Part shown: piece by piece, positions 38,766-64,000 of the stretch
Numbering within the stretch: position 1 is the first letter of the stretch
Layout of the letters: every line of letters begins with the position of its first letter
Source: Tubiluchus corallicola
Taxonomy: Eukaryota > Animalia > Priapulida
DNA length: 64,000 nucleotides
Assembly (NCBI GenBank): GCA_030141605.1
Contig: JAQGDQ010000001.1
Location: 1,674,001 to 1,738,000 of the forward strand
Direction: 5' to 3'
Notes under the pieces: model-generated
Told to the model about the DNA's origin: nothing
The model's input: the letters and a program-made list of their open reading frames with translations, nothing else
The model's database searches: none
Program-made: the position numbers and the translations under genes

Positions 38766-39340
38766 ATCTGCTGGTGTGTGGGATCGACTGAAAATATAGC
38801 AAAACTAAAATTAATATTAAAAGTACCTATACTTTAAGATTATCGATGAGCTAATGTTTGATTTCATTTGCCACTTGTCAGTTAGGATGCAAATTATTAT
38901 TGCATTACTCCCTTATTTGTAGAGCTATTTAAATTTTATACATTAAATCAATTTGAATGATTTATTCTGGGGTAATCTTTTTTATGTATATAATAAGTTA
39001 TTTATCATCATTACAAGCAAAAGATTGAAATACAGTACAGCATAAAATTGCAATATAAAATTTTTAAAAAGAATACACAAGGTAGAACATAGAGTGACAA
39101 GCACTATTACACTGTTACAAGATGAATGTACGAAATTAAAATTAAATGAGTCAAACTTAGGTTTGGAAATTAAATAAGCCATATGGGATGAATATTTTAA
39201 GCAAGTCAGCAACTCAAAAACTGTATAAAGCTGGGTAATCAAATTTGTGTAATAGAGTTCTTAAGGTGGTATGTTTACTGAGTGTGTGGTTAAATCTAGA
39301 AGCCAAAACTATTTTCTGTAAGTTGATAATTAGTATCAAA

Positions 39341-39990
39341 TAAGGGTGTACCAGATCTGCATACAGGGATCCGGTAATTTTAATCAATCCGGACCCGGCA
39401 GAAATGTTCATTGGATTTTGCACCATTTGTATTTCTATTTTTTCATGCGTAAAACTACCATCTGCACAGCTATTGTGAAGAAGAATTTGAGCATTTAAGA
39501 AAAATTATACGTAGCAGCTTAATTAGTAATAATTACGCAAATTGAGTTAATTTTTTAAAGAATTTAAGGATTTCTATTAAAATCTTTAGAAATTTACAAA
39601 AGAATTGCTTAGTTTTTATGCCGGCATGGTTGTAGCACAAGCGATACCAGCAGTCTTCATGCTGTGACTCCTTCCAGCAAGTAGTGTGCAAAGGTAGCAC
39701 TTTCTCCGCAAAAATATCTGCTAAAGATTTAGAACCATCTTCCAATAAAAGCACAGTTTGGTAATTTTTTAGTTTATACCAAGCACAAATCAAGTCTTCA
39801 AAATTACAAAATTAGCAATGTTTGCAGTGTTTCCAGTCAAAATTACTCAGTGACCTTTCAAAATGGACAGGCGATCCCAATCACATGAATAATGCGGCCT
39901 AACAAATGAAATATCCTCTACATTAATTTGTAGATCCAGATCTGGCACATACAGATCCGAAACTGGCAAATCTTATCCAGTACATCCCTA
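39341..39990. mobile_element. hAT-type MITE
   Basis: Ends TAAGGGTGTACCAGAT (39341) and ATCCAGTACATCCCTA (39975-39990) are imperfect inverted repeats, with GATCC(A/G) subterminal motifs. The 8-bp flanks gtatcaaa and ctagcaaa match at 6 of 8 positions. Confidence 0.55.
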
Positions 39991-40565
39991 CTAGCAAATT
40001 AATGAAGTACCAAGAGCTGTTAAATGGTTGAAACATACCAATGTACTTCACTTGCAAGTGCATCTCTAATAGCATGTCCCTATTATAGCAAAATGTCCAG
40101 TAATATATTGTACATATGCACTCTACAAAGTATTACTTAATATTATATTTTGTTATAACAGAACAGTTCTAATTATTTCCAGTCATTTCCTGTTTGAGAT
40201 CACACCAGTTTAGCTGAATATTTTTGTATTGATTTCCAACGAAGAGTTGTGTTTGTCTAGCCTACCAGCTGTGTTTTTTTGTGCATGTGTTGTGCATGGT
40301 AAGTGTATAAAACTAAACTGCTTAATTAATAATGCTTATAAAAGGCATTACATAATTTGACTATATATCAAAATCTTTAATTTAAAATGTATAATTTGGG
40401 CCTGATTGGTCTGATTAGCCTAATTATGCTGTTTTTGTGATTTAGTAAATTTAGTTTAGCAACTATAAATTTAATTTAACAGTCGAAAGACTATATACCA
40501 TATATTGAATCCTGTGTTTTAGCACTCTAAAGGTAATATATTTATTTTTAGATTAATAACAAAAC

Positions 40566-45338
<4,773 letters not shown>

Positions 45339-45339
<1 letters not shown>

Positions 45340-45344
45340 ATAAA
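45339..45344 (+). terminator. Candidate poly(A) signal overlapping the stop codon of the KQEL paralog
   Basis: CTA TAA ATAAA: AATAAA at 45339-45344 shares its first base with the TAA stop. Confidence 0.5.
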
Positions 45345-46515
45345 GTGAAACTGAATGTTGATTATTTAATGTAATATTTCAAGTATTAAAATATAAAGTT
45401 TGTACTATGTATGGTAATTGCTCTTTGCATTTCCTAATGTAGAAGTTTAGAAAGTATGTTTAACATTTTTGGGTTGTTTTATAATGTTTTAATTGTCATT
45501 TGTAGTTAGTTTGCATTTTACTGCCCTGTTTTTTTCTATATATTTCAGATCCGTATATTTTCGATATATTTCCGATAAATAAGCAAGATCAGTGTGTTTT
45601 CTACATATTACCAGTACGGCCTATTATTATTGTGTTCCATAGTTTTCTAAAGCAAAACGTTAACTAATATGATTCAGTAATGTTTGTTTCATTATTGTTG
45701 AAAGTGTGGGCATTGACATTGCCATATTTTATGTGGCTTGCCAATATTGCTTTCATTACTACATTGTGCTATGTAGTATCATTACTACATATAATAATGT
45801 AACATTTTAAATATTTAACTTTGTAATCTTGTAAATATGGACAAATAAATTGTTTACTATTTATACCTAAGGTATAATACCATAGCTTTTATTAATTTTT
45901 GTGTTCCAGTAATAAAATTTAAAAAATTAATAGCTGCTGCCTATCTTTTACATTAAATAAAGTAAAACTGTTTTTGGGCTTCTAAATGTAAATTATACAT
46001 GTTTTGTGAATTTTTACATTATCGAAAATTCAAACTGAGATATGAAATTTAACTACAATTTGAAGATGCTGTCTTGTTGGTAAGCCTGGCCAAAATAATG
46101 CAGGTCCTAGATTTTTGTATTTGAAATATCAGACTTTATTAAAATTTACAAATTAACATAAGTTAATGTAATTAATGAGTATGATATACATCACTTAATA
46201 GCTTTGGCAGCCTAGGAAAGTATAAGCTAAACTGCAAACTTTAAACTACGAGTTTTACCAATAGTCACCAACAGTTGTTTGCCTGTACTTAAAATTTACA
46301 ACTTTTGTTTTCTTATGGCTATGTAGGCCAAGTAGTTGTAAAAAACATAGTTGTGAATGTCTTATATGGTTGTAGACCAGTTCTGTGTAAATGCCAGGGG
46401 TTCGTTGCCTGTATATGAAATATATCCAACTCTGATAGACGGACATTTCTAGTCTGTACATGATATATGACGATTTGCGCTTTTTTGTTTTTGTGGTATT
46501 AGCGTAACATTTCAG

Positions 46516-46594
46516 TTTGCTATTTTGTATAGCAAAATAGCAAATATTTTGTATTTGCACTATGTTAACTAGTGCAAATACTAGTTAACATAGT
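46516..46594. repeat. Cluster of perfect short inverted repeats, including two overlapping, mutually exclusive hairpins
   Basis: 12-bp stem 46516-46527/46533-46544; 12-bp stem 46551-46562/46570-46581; 15-bp stem 46559-46573/46580-46594. Confidence 0.85.
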
Positions 46595-46710
46595 CAGTCA
46601 AGTATTTAATGCGTTTTACTGTTAATTTCACTTTTCAACTTTTTTCAACCTTTGAACTGCAATAGCATTTATTTTCAATTCAGGTTTATAGAAGGCAGTT
46701 CTACAAGAAA

Positions 46711-55431
<8,721 letters not shown>

Positions 55432-56539
55432 TCAATTAACTGTATAGATGTTTGTCACTAGCATGGGTCTCATTTTGGTGTATATATAACTGTACAAATT
55501 GCTCTTCTGATATCAAATTTTTACACAGCTCACTGTGCAATGAGTTTGCTGAAAATGATGTAGTCTTTCTGGATTCGTCTTAATGGAAAGTGGCACATAA
55601 ATGACAGCACTTTCACTTACCAACATTGCATATCTTTTGTTTATACTTTGTACTTGTTTTGTCGGGGCAATACTTGATATTAGCTACTTCAAAAAAATTT
55701 TTGTGATGTGTAAATGGTTTGTAATGACTGAATATTGATTTCCATATGAGCTCAATATGTGATAAAACATTTATTATTGTGACACCTTATCTGTATCTGC
55801 AGCTAAGAATGAATTTCAAGTGATCGAGCTTGCATACTGACGTGAGGACCATGATAGTGTTATTGTCTTTGACGTACATAATTTCATAAAACTTATCCAT
55901 TTGAATCACATGTTACCATTTTAATTGCCATATCTTGAATCGCTTGTACAAATTTAGATTATAATATCCATGTAAATTGTAAAAGTTAGTATTACATTTT
56001 GTGTTTTACAATGAACCAGTACTGGTGAAATACAATATTTTGCAAATGTGTGACAAATCTTTATTTTTTGGATTCTGACATTATACTGCATGAAACAGTA
56101 ATATCGGTCGTATCGTTAAAAGTGTATCATTCTTGTTCAGTTTTGGGTTTTTTTGTGTTGTGTTAAATTTGGTTTAACTGAGAGAACATGGGCTTGTACT
56201 TCGACTTACCTGACGGTATAGTTGTTGTATAAAAATAAAACATTTTTTACTGTTATAAAGTTCTTTACATTATTTTATGCTCTTATAGATTTTTATTACA
56301 AATGCAGATGTTCTCAAAGTTTATCAGTTGAATACCTCTCAATAACATATTTCGTCATTGAAGTTCGTTTTAGCATCCTTTGTGTCTTCCATGACAGCTC
56401 TTAGAATTTGGTCGGTTAAGGTATGATGAATTTGGGGGTTCGATCTGATCTGGCCCCCTTTAAGATCATACCTTTAAGATTTCAGGCTGAGTGAGGCACG
56501 TGTGGCTTCCACATTATGATATTAAGGACATGATAAGGT

Positions 56540-56824
56540 GCTTGCCTGCAAGGTGTCATATCTACAAATTTTCAGGAAATTGCCTTCACTGAATAAAATA
56601 AGTGACATGTGTTGCAAACTGTAACTTGTAACTTATATGTTCAACGATTTGCAAAGTGCCAGTTCTTAAAATTTCCAAAAATTTCTGGAAAATAAACATA
56701 CTAACTCCAAAATGGCGTCCTAAAAAGTTGAGATAAATTGCCTAGCCTCACTGTTTTTGTAATAGCAAAAAACTTAAAATTTCTTAAAAACACTTTTCAC
56801 TTAGATATGACACTGCAGGTAAGC
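56540..56824. mobile_element. MITE with about 24-bp terminal inverted repeats
   Basis: gcttgcctgcaaggtgtcatatcta (56540-56564) and tagatatgacactgcaggtaagc (56802-56824). Confidence 0.6.
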
Positions 56825-58469
56825 TCCGCTATTGATTCAGTAATACATGCACTTTGATTTAAGAAATTATACTATACCCGTTTTTAATTTTGTACCCCTC
56901 CCCCAGCAAAAGATTAGGTGTACACTACTGTACGTTGTCTTTGTACCCTTTTGTATATACATAATACAAAATATTACGTTGTAGGACCACGTAGTTTAGG
57001 GTCCCACCTATCTAGTGGCCAGAGATACAAGATTTAAAACGACTATATTTATAACATCAGTAAAGGGTGCCAGGCTAGGTTAAACACTTTGGTTTAAATT
57101 TCAAAACAGCTGAATTTAATTATAATATTCGAACTGAATGAAATCAGTTTCATTCCAATAGCGTTTTTAACATACAAACTGGGTTGGGCATATACCTCCT
57201 GCAGGCTCCCTTATACCCCCTGCTTGATTACTGACATTAGAGACAAATAAGAAGTTACATGTCAGCTTTCATTTGGTAATGCGATTAGTGACCTTGGAAG
57301 TGGCCAAATACGTCATCCATATGCCCTCTATGTATTTACGAAATAAAATATTTGTTGATAACTTGCAAGCGAAGCCATAAAATGTTAAAAAATGTCTTAC
57401 GGGCCAATAGAAAATACGCCATTTGCTACCAGAATTTAGGGTCTAACTTGCACCGCAAGGGCAGTGATGACGTCATCTGCACCCTCTCCCATGCAGCAAA
57501 TTTGAAAAATCTTAATAATTTGTCATATATTTATTTTTCTCTGTATTATATGGATACACATGTATCATTTTTCACTAATAAAATAGTTATTCATTTATGA
57601 AAAAGTACAGAGAACTCTTGACTAAATTCACTTATAATGAATTGGCTTGTAGTTATCAACTACAAACTGATTCATTTTTTCGGCTTTTTGCGACTAGGAC
57701 ACAACTCCGCTCCACGCATTCTTAATGTACAATTTGACATGTTAACAAAACATGTACTGCCATAGCAAACTAAGAAGCGTAATCTCTAGCACACCCACAT
57801 CTGCAGATATGTCATCTATAGTCATCGAAAATATGTTAATGATCCATACTAGGTAAGAATCTAAGATTGTGTCCCGAGGATGACCATGCGGGACTATGAC
57901 ATCATCAGCACCATGTCGCTAACTTTAAGATTGCTTTATCAGCAAAATTACTGGCCAGGTAACCTTTAATGATCATAAAATACATCAAATGATGTTAAAA
58001 AGAAATTGATGTATGGCTTTTTTGTCCAATAGCTAGTTTGCAGCTAATGACGTCACTAAAATCTTTACTGTTAACAAAAACAATATAGTCCTGTCAAATT
58101 AGCCCAAAAATGTGTGTGCTAATTACGTTAATAATATTATTATCTAACACATACGTCAATTCTACTTTATTGCACAAATACAATAACGTATCATGGCAAA
58201 AAATTACATTTACAAAAGGTCAAAGTACAAAAACAAATACAATTATGCAACGTTGCAAAAGCATTGGTTTGTACAACTTAATTAAATAGCCTACTTAAAT
58301 CTAACAAGAAATGTGCTCTTATGAAATCATATTTTATGCTACAATTGCAAATAACTAATATAAACACAAAACCTAAATAACTATAATCACAAACGAGATT
58401 GAATTACACAATCACTGCACAAGGTTTATCCTCACAGATTACAACCAAGATATAACTGCCTTTTTCATC

Positions 58470-59750
58470 TGACATTTATTTAAGTAGTTTCCAAAGTGAA
58501 TAAGGTCTTCTGGGTTTGTATTTGGAAAAAGTCACATTACTGAGCATACATTGCTTTTTTATAGAGTAAGATAGTTAGATTATATATTTTATGCTCATAT
58601 TTTTGTCTAATATCTTCATACAAAGGATATGTAAAAAGGTAATGTAATTGGTTTTCTACGTACAAATTTTGAGCTGTTGTTGTGAGAGACTGACAGTATT
58701 GACAAAGCCTCCCATCCTCTTTTTTATTTTTATGTCTCTCGCGTTCTATTTCCAGGTCATGGTTGTTGATACATAATTTTGTAATTTTTTAACTCTGTTT
58801 CTTATTATAAATAATTTTTAAATAATATTCTAATTCATAATTGATTTTTACATGTCTACACAATTGTTTTTTGCCACCATTTTGACTAGTGTCGTTATGT
58901 ACCGCTGTAAAACACGGTTTTCTGTACCTCCTCTGATTTGAGTTCGTTACCGAATTCTTTTAATTTGCAATTCAGACACATTTTATCTTTTTTATCTACA
59001 CTTTGTTTGAAATCCTGGAATTGTTTGAAATCCATTTTGCACAAAGCTGTTTCATTTCTTCATGAGACTGGTAACTATACATATTTTTAAAATTAATAAT
59101 GTATTTCTTGGCTTTATATGTTTCATTAATAGATATTTGTGAAGAATTGTTGATGCTTTAATTAGCAGTGGGTATGCCTAATTCAGCTTTACCGCTATAT
59201 TGGAACACTTCCCCGGACACCTAAAACCCATTTTAAGAATCTGTTCTGAAGATACTCGAATGAAAAAAAGATTCTTTAAAAGTTTTTCTGAGTTGTCAGT
59301 GTTTACGTTATTTACTTTACTGATAAAAGACTGACACGAAATTTCACAGCTATAAAGTGCTACTGGTAAGTCTAAGGATTCAGATAGGTAAAGAAGTATA
59401 TTTACATCAAAACTGTATTGAAATATTTTAATTTAAATAATGCCTAAATGCTTTGTTTTCTCATTGTGTCACAGTGCTTTGTGCATGAACCATTGTTTGT
59501 AAAATACATTCCTAGGTATTTGATATGTTTTTGTTTTTATAAAGTATAATATCATGTATTATAATATAAGATAAAAGTGAATATTCAATATTTTACTGGA
59601 TGGTTTGTTTCCAAAGGTAACAACTTTAGCTTTGGTATGATTAATTTGTAATGAGTTCTGTTTTGCTTATAAAGTTAGTTTGTTGATTTTATTTTGTAGC
59701 CCTTCTTTAGAGATGTTTAAGTTGAAGGTTCAGCTTGATACAGAATGAAG
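58470..59750 (-). mobile_element. Non-LTR retrotransposon remnant (RT end plus C-terminal CCHC-like knuckle)
   Basis: Minus-strand fragments KQNSLQINHTKAKVVTFG, HIKYLGMY, INNHDLEIER, RLCQYC and VENQLHYLFTYPLYEDIR; many stops and frameshifts. Confidence 0.7.
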
Positions 59751-59889
59751 GTTTCTTGTCTTGGCAGATGGCGGTTACTGAAAAATAAGCGTAAGTGTAT
59801 TCCTCATTCCTTATTGATTAACAATATGCAGATAATATTGGGTGGATTAGTGTATCAAATTTTCAAACTAACACAGTAAAAAGGGATTT

Positions 59890-60260
59890 TTCAAAAAAAA
59901 ACTAGAGGAAAGAAATCTTCAAGTAAACCAGTCAAAAACAGAAGAATATATTTTTGAAGAGATGGTAACCAGTCTTGGAAAAAGTGCAATACATGGGCAC
60001 TTTTCTAAGCACCGAAGATGTCATTAAAAACAGAAAGCAAAAAGCAATGCATGCTTTTCTCCAGCACAAGAATGTATTAACTAGCAAGAAATTAAGTCTT
60101 ATCTATTGATGCACCTCGAAAATCTAAGATACAGTAGTAAGTCTAAGCAAAAAAGTCACACTGTTTTCGAACTGTGTTTGAAATCTGTTTCAGATCTAAG
60201 AAAAAAGGCCACAGAATTTTTCTCAAACTGTTTTGAAAGTAAAGAAAAGGGAACATGATC
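59890..60260 (+). mobile_element. RTE-like LINE fragment
   Basis: KLEERNLQVNQSKTEEY...WKKC...TEDVIKNRKQKAMHAF resembles the RT thumb region of RTE-type elements; frameshifted. Confidence 0.5.
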
Positions 60261-61538
60261 CATGGAAGATGCAATTATAACAATTTTTATATTTCCTATA
60301 TATATATAATTTTATATTTTTATAGCAAACAAACTGACTAGTAAAATAAATAAATCTGTTCAATAGCTTTATATTCGTTTAGAAACTGTGGTTTTTGTTG
60401 CAACAAACACATTCAGGTATACATCAATTTTGGTTAAGTTTATATGCTTATTCCACTACTGGCTATGTTTCATGCACAATACAACTGCACGGCAAGATGT
60501 TTGTCTGACTTTGGCAACTTGCGCACTGGACTACAAAAGCCATGACATCATCCTCGATAAGGGCTATAGTATTAAGGTTAAATTGGACAAAAATTGTGAA
60601 TTGCAGTTTTTGTTATCTAGTCCGGATAATCCAATATTCCAAATAATTGGGGTCCCGCTGTACTAGTCTACAGTACTAGTAATAGAGTTATGTTGTTATT
60701 ATTCGACAATTTTGTAAATGCTATTTTGCTGAGAAACAACACTTTTCCTGTTATTCGTCGTAACACAAATTGTACTGTTAACTGTTTTTCCATGTGCTTC
60801 CTGTGAAACAGTTGTCGTAGGGTACTAAGTCACTAAGCATAGCGTCTGAAGCCGTTATTGCGTTAACTGCTAAGCCACTCCATGAGGACTAAGAAATTCA
60901 GTAGTGTTCTGGGAAAAGTATTGTTTGATCTGTGGTTCATGGAAATTTTACAGCGGATGTATCTTTGCTTGAGAAAATCCCCATTAAGGCTTGATCAGGA
61001 TGTTGCTAATTTTATGTAAGCATTGTACACTGCACAGTCTGTAGTACTTTGCAGATTGATCATAAGCCAAAACAGTCAGTGGCCTCAAGTTTCTTCAACA
61101 TATGCACATCTCACATTTTGGCAAATATGTGTGCAAATAATAATAATGAATTAATGGTAAACGATTGTAGATAACTATTGTGTTCTGATTGACAGGCACA
61201 GCTATAAGAAACTTGTTTGATTTTTAGTCAAATCCTGCAAAATGTTGCATCAGATAAACATTAAAAAGTGCAAGTTTTACAGTAGCTGCTGTGTTCTGTA
61301 AAAACACTTATGGATTTGGATAGTTACGAATTAATCAACCGTGACAGTTTAAAGGCAAAACAGCATGATAGGAAAGATTGCATCTGATACCAAAATATTA
61401 ATAAGTGATAAAACTACTAATTCTAATAAAGGTGTGATCAAGTCATGTTGAATGAGTTAAATTGCTATTTATTGTATTGTAGAGCTTGGAAGACTATTTT
61501 GCTTTGAAGCCAATTAGTGGAGCTCATCTTCTACTGAA

Positions 61539-63751
61539 ATGATGGGGTTTGAGCCAAAAGCATGTTGTGGGTCGAAGCGAAATAAGAAAGCTAGGCATCA
61601 CTCTGGTCGCCGTAGCTATATCCGCAATTATGCTCCTGCAGTGTATTTTGAAGTTAGCCAGCTGTTTGACAAGAAATTCTCTTATTCCAAATGTCCATCT
61701 TGGACGCTTGTAGATTCCAGTAAGATATTTGAATCACCAACCTGGCAGGTACAGATTTCCATTTTTTTATTCAAGTACTTGCGATTGGTACAAGAGCATC
61801 ACTTTCGCTGTACTAGTTTCTGCCACTTTTCTTTATTTTCAACAAAGTTCAAGTAATGTGTATTAATCTTCATGACGTTAACCTTCCACCCTAACTGAGA
61901 AGAAAATAATAACTCCTAGGATTGGCACCAAAATATAAACGCTTTCTTTCCGTGCAACTATATTGAAATTTACTAAAATCTGTAGCGTAAACTTAATGAG
62001 CATTTGTATTTGTGACTTAGTATTAGTGTTTTTATAATGATGTAAATCATTTTGAGCACAAAGTGTCTATACTTTAAAAGTTTATGAATAAATGCAGAGG
62101 CAGTGTAAAATAAATAACGGTTGTGTTTTATATGTGTACATCTAAGGCGTGTTAGGTCGTGCATAGGATTGTGCTTATTATTGTTATTATTTAAACTACA
62201 GTAAGTTGGTAGCAAGTATACCTGTGCTTGTCAGTTGGAGACACGAATCAGATCAAAATACTTTTGCCACAGGTGTGGAGTATCACGAATAAAACAAACT
62301 ATGATTTCTTTACTTGAAACAAGCTATGCCTCAACGAAGTAATTTTTTTAATTGAAAAAACTATTTGACAACTAAGGACTAATAAAGGGTTTATAACATA
62401 CCACAAAATGTAAGCTTAACAACACACAAAAAGTGATATACATTATTCTTTGCCCTATGTTTTATAGTCCTAAGCTTAATGCAGGTAGCTGATTCTTTAA
62501 ATTTAATACTTGCCTATGTAATGCTACCCAGTTTAACTATGAAGCCAGGTTGTCCAGTGCTCTACACCTTAAAGCATTGTTCAGACAAGCTGTTAATGAT
62601 TTTTTGCCATCTAGACACGGGCTGCTGCAGCAAAAGGAGACCCGGGCTAATTGCCAAGTGTGGATAATTGCTTTTTATCATCGTCAATCAAAAATGATCT
62701 TAGTTTTTTTTACAATAAACTTTTTGTGGTTGTAATACCGATTCTTTTAATACTACAGTTTCGAAGTGTGCACTAATATACTGTTATTAAAGTGACTCAT
62801 AGAGATAAGAAATCTCATTTTTTATTTCAGTATTGCCATTTATATTATGGTATATGAGCTGTTATTACATATTTTTGTAGATATCCAAACTGCAGAACTT
62901 AAAAGAAAAACTAAATAAAGTGAAGGATAGTTTGAGTGACAAAGAGATAAATGTCTGGCACGCACACACTGAGAAAACCAATAAAGCGGGAAGTATTATT
63001 AACCATTTGAGAAGTTTTGTAAACCCTGAGCTGTGTACACAAGCTTGGACGAAATTTTACGAAATACTCGGAACTTTTCCGCTAATTCCAGGTAACTTTC
63101 AAATGTTTTGACAGGCTGTTTTTTCCAAATTGTTAGTGAAAAAAGTAGTTCCAATCTTGTGAGATTATTTTTAAAAATAGTTGAATGTCTGAAATTGCAA
63201 CACCTAGCCAAATGACTAGGTAACGTCTTTATGTAAATTTTAAAAATAGTCCAAGCTTAATAAATTATGAATGCAGTTTTTATAATTTTGCTGTCCCTGT
63301 CATTATGAATACATCAAATATGCATAAATTTAGTGTTAAAGGTTGATTTCTTGGTGAATAATTGCACTGGTAGTATACTCGCTTAATATTTCACAGCGCT
63401 GAATGTGTATTATAATACAAATAGTTCGAATATGAAATCTGCACTACATATCGCAATTAATGAGATGTAAAAAAGTCATTTGAAGTATTTGCTTTTACGT
63501 CTTAGTTTTAAATATATATCTAGAGTTACTGGTTATTGGTTATTTGCTTAAGTGCTATATTTATGATATTCTACAGATGGTGATGAACAGTTTAATTCTG
63601 TTCATTTGTGTGAAGCACCTGGAGCCTTTATAACTAGTCTCAACCATTACATTAAGTCTAGGAGAATCTCGGTTCCCTGGACGTGGCTTGCAACAACGCT
63701 AAACCCATACTACGAAGGAAATGACCCTTTTGTAATGATAGACGATGATAG
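61539..63751 (+). CDS. CMTR2: Cap-specific mRNA (nucleoside-2'-O)-methyltransferase 2, first three coding exons; continues beyond the window
   Basis: Exons 61539-61748, 62881-63091 and 63577-63751 join in frame. Motifs are [18 protein letters not shown]...WHAHT...[15 protein letters not shown] and [18 protein letters not shown]...[12 protein letters not shown]...MIDDDR. The ATG exon has an acceptor ending at 61482, so an upstream non-coding exon is expected. Confidence 0.92.
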
Positions 63752-64000
63752 GTGCTGGTTTTAAATATTTATGTAATTCATCAGTTTTGCTCTTGTGTCA
63801 CAGTATTTTTGATTATGTATTCAAGGCACGAATTTCTGACAAACTTCTCTAGAAATATGTGAAATTTGTTCTACAGTAGCTTTTACTAGAAAAGCATTAT
63901 ATATATACGCACAGTTTTGTTTGCTTTGCGCCGCCTATTGTTTACGTGCACAATCTTGTTTTTGGAAAAATCGTGACAGCTACAGAATTTCATATGTAAT

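Overview
AT-rich, intron-containing animal (invertebrate-like) genomic DNA. Gene order: last exon of RPL7A (+), then a convergent Spire gene (-) whose whole coding sequence is one exon, then about 27 kb of non-coding DNA with decayed transposons (a 2.4 kb foldback/Mutator-like element with an 8-bp target duplication, hAT and CR1/L2-type LINE remnants, MITEs, tandem duplications). Next come a UPR promoter (perfect ERSE, degenerate ERSE, XBP1-type site, TATA-like box) at about 37.1-37.25 kb, two complete tandem 8-exon BiP/GRP78 (HSPA5) coding cassettes on +, and the first three coding exons of CMTR2 (+). The first BiP cassette is a divergent 645-aa paralog ending KQEL; the second is a canonical 658-aa BiP ending HDEL. 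The most notable structure: both BiP cassettes start with a splice acceptor just upstream of the ATG, and the only ERSE I found lies upstream of both. This suggests one stress promoter and leader exon feeding two alternative whole-gene cassettes, or a paralog nested in the first intron of canonical BiP. Exon calls come from manual translation and splice-site reading; no database or expression data were used.
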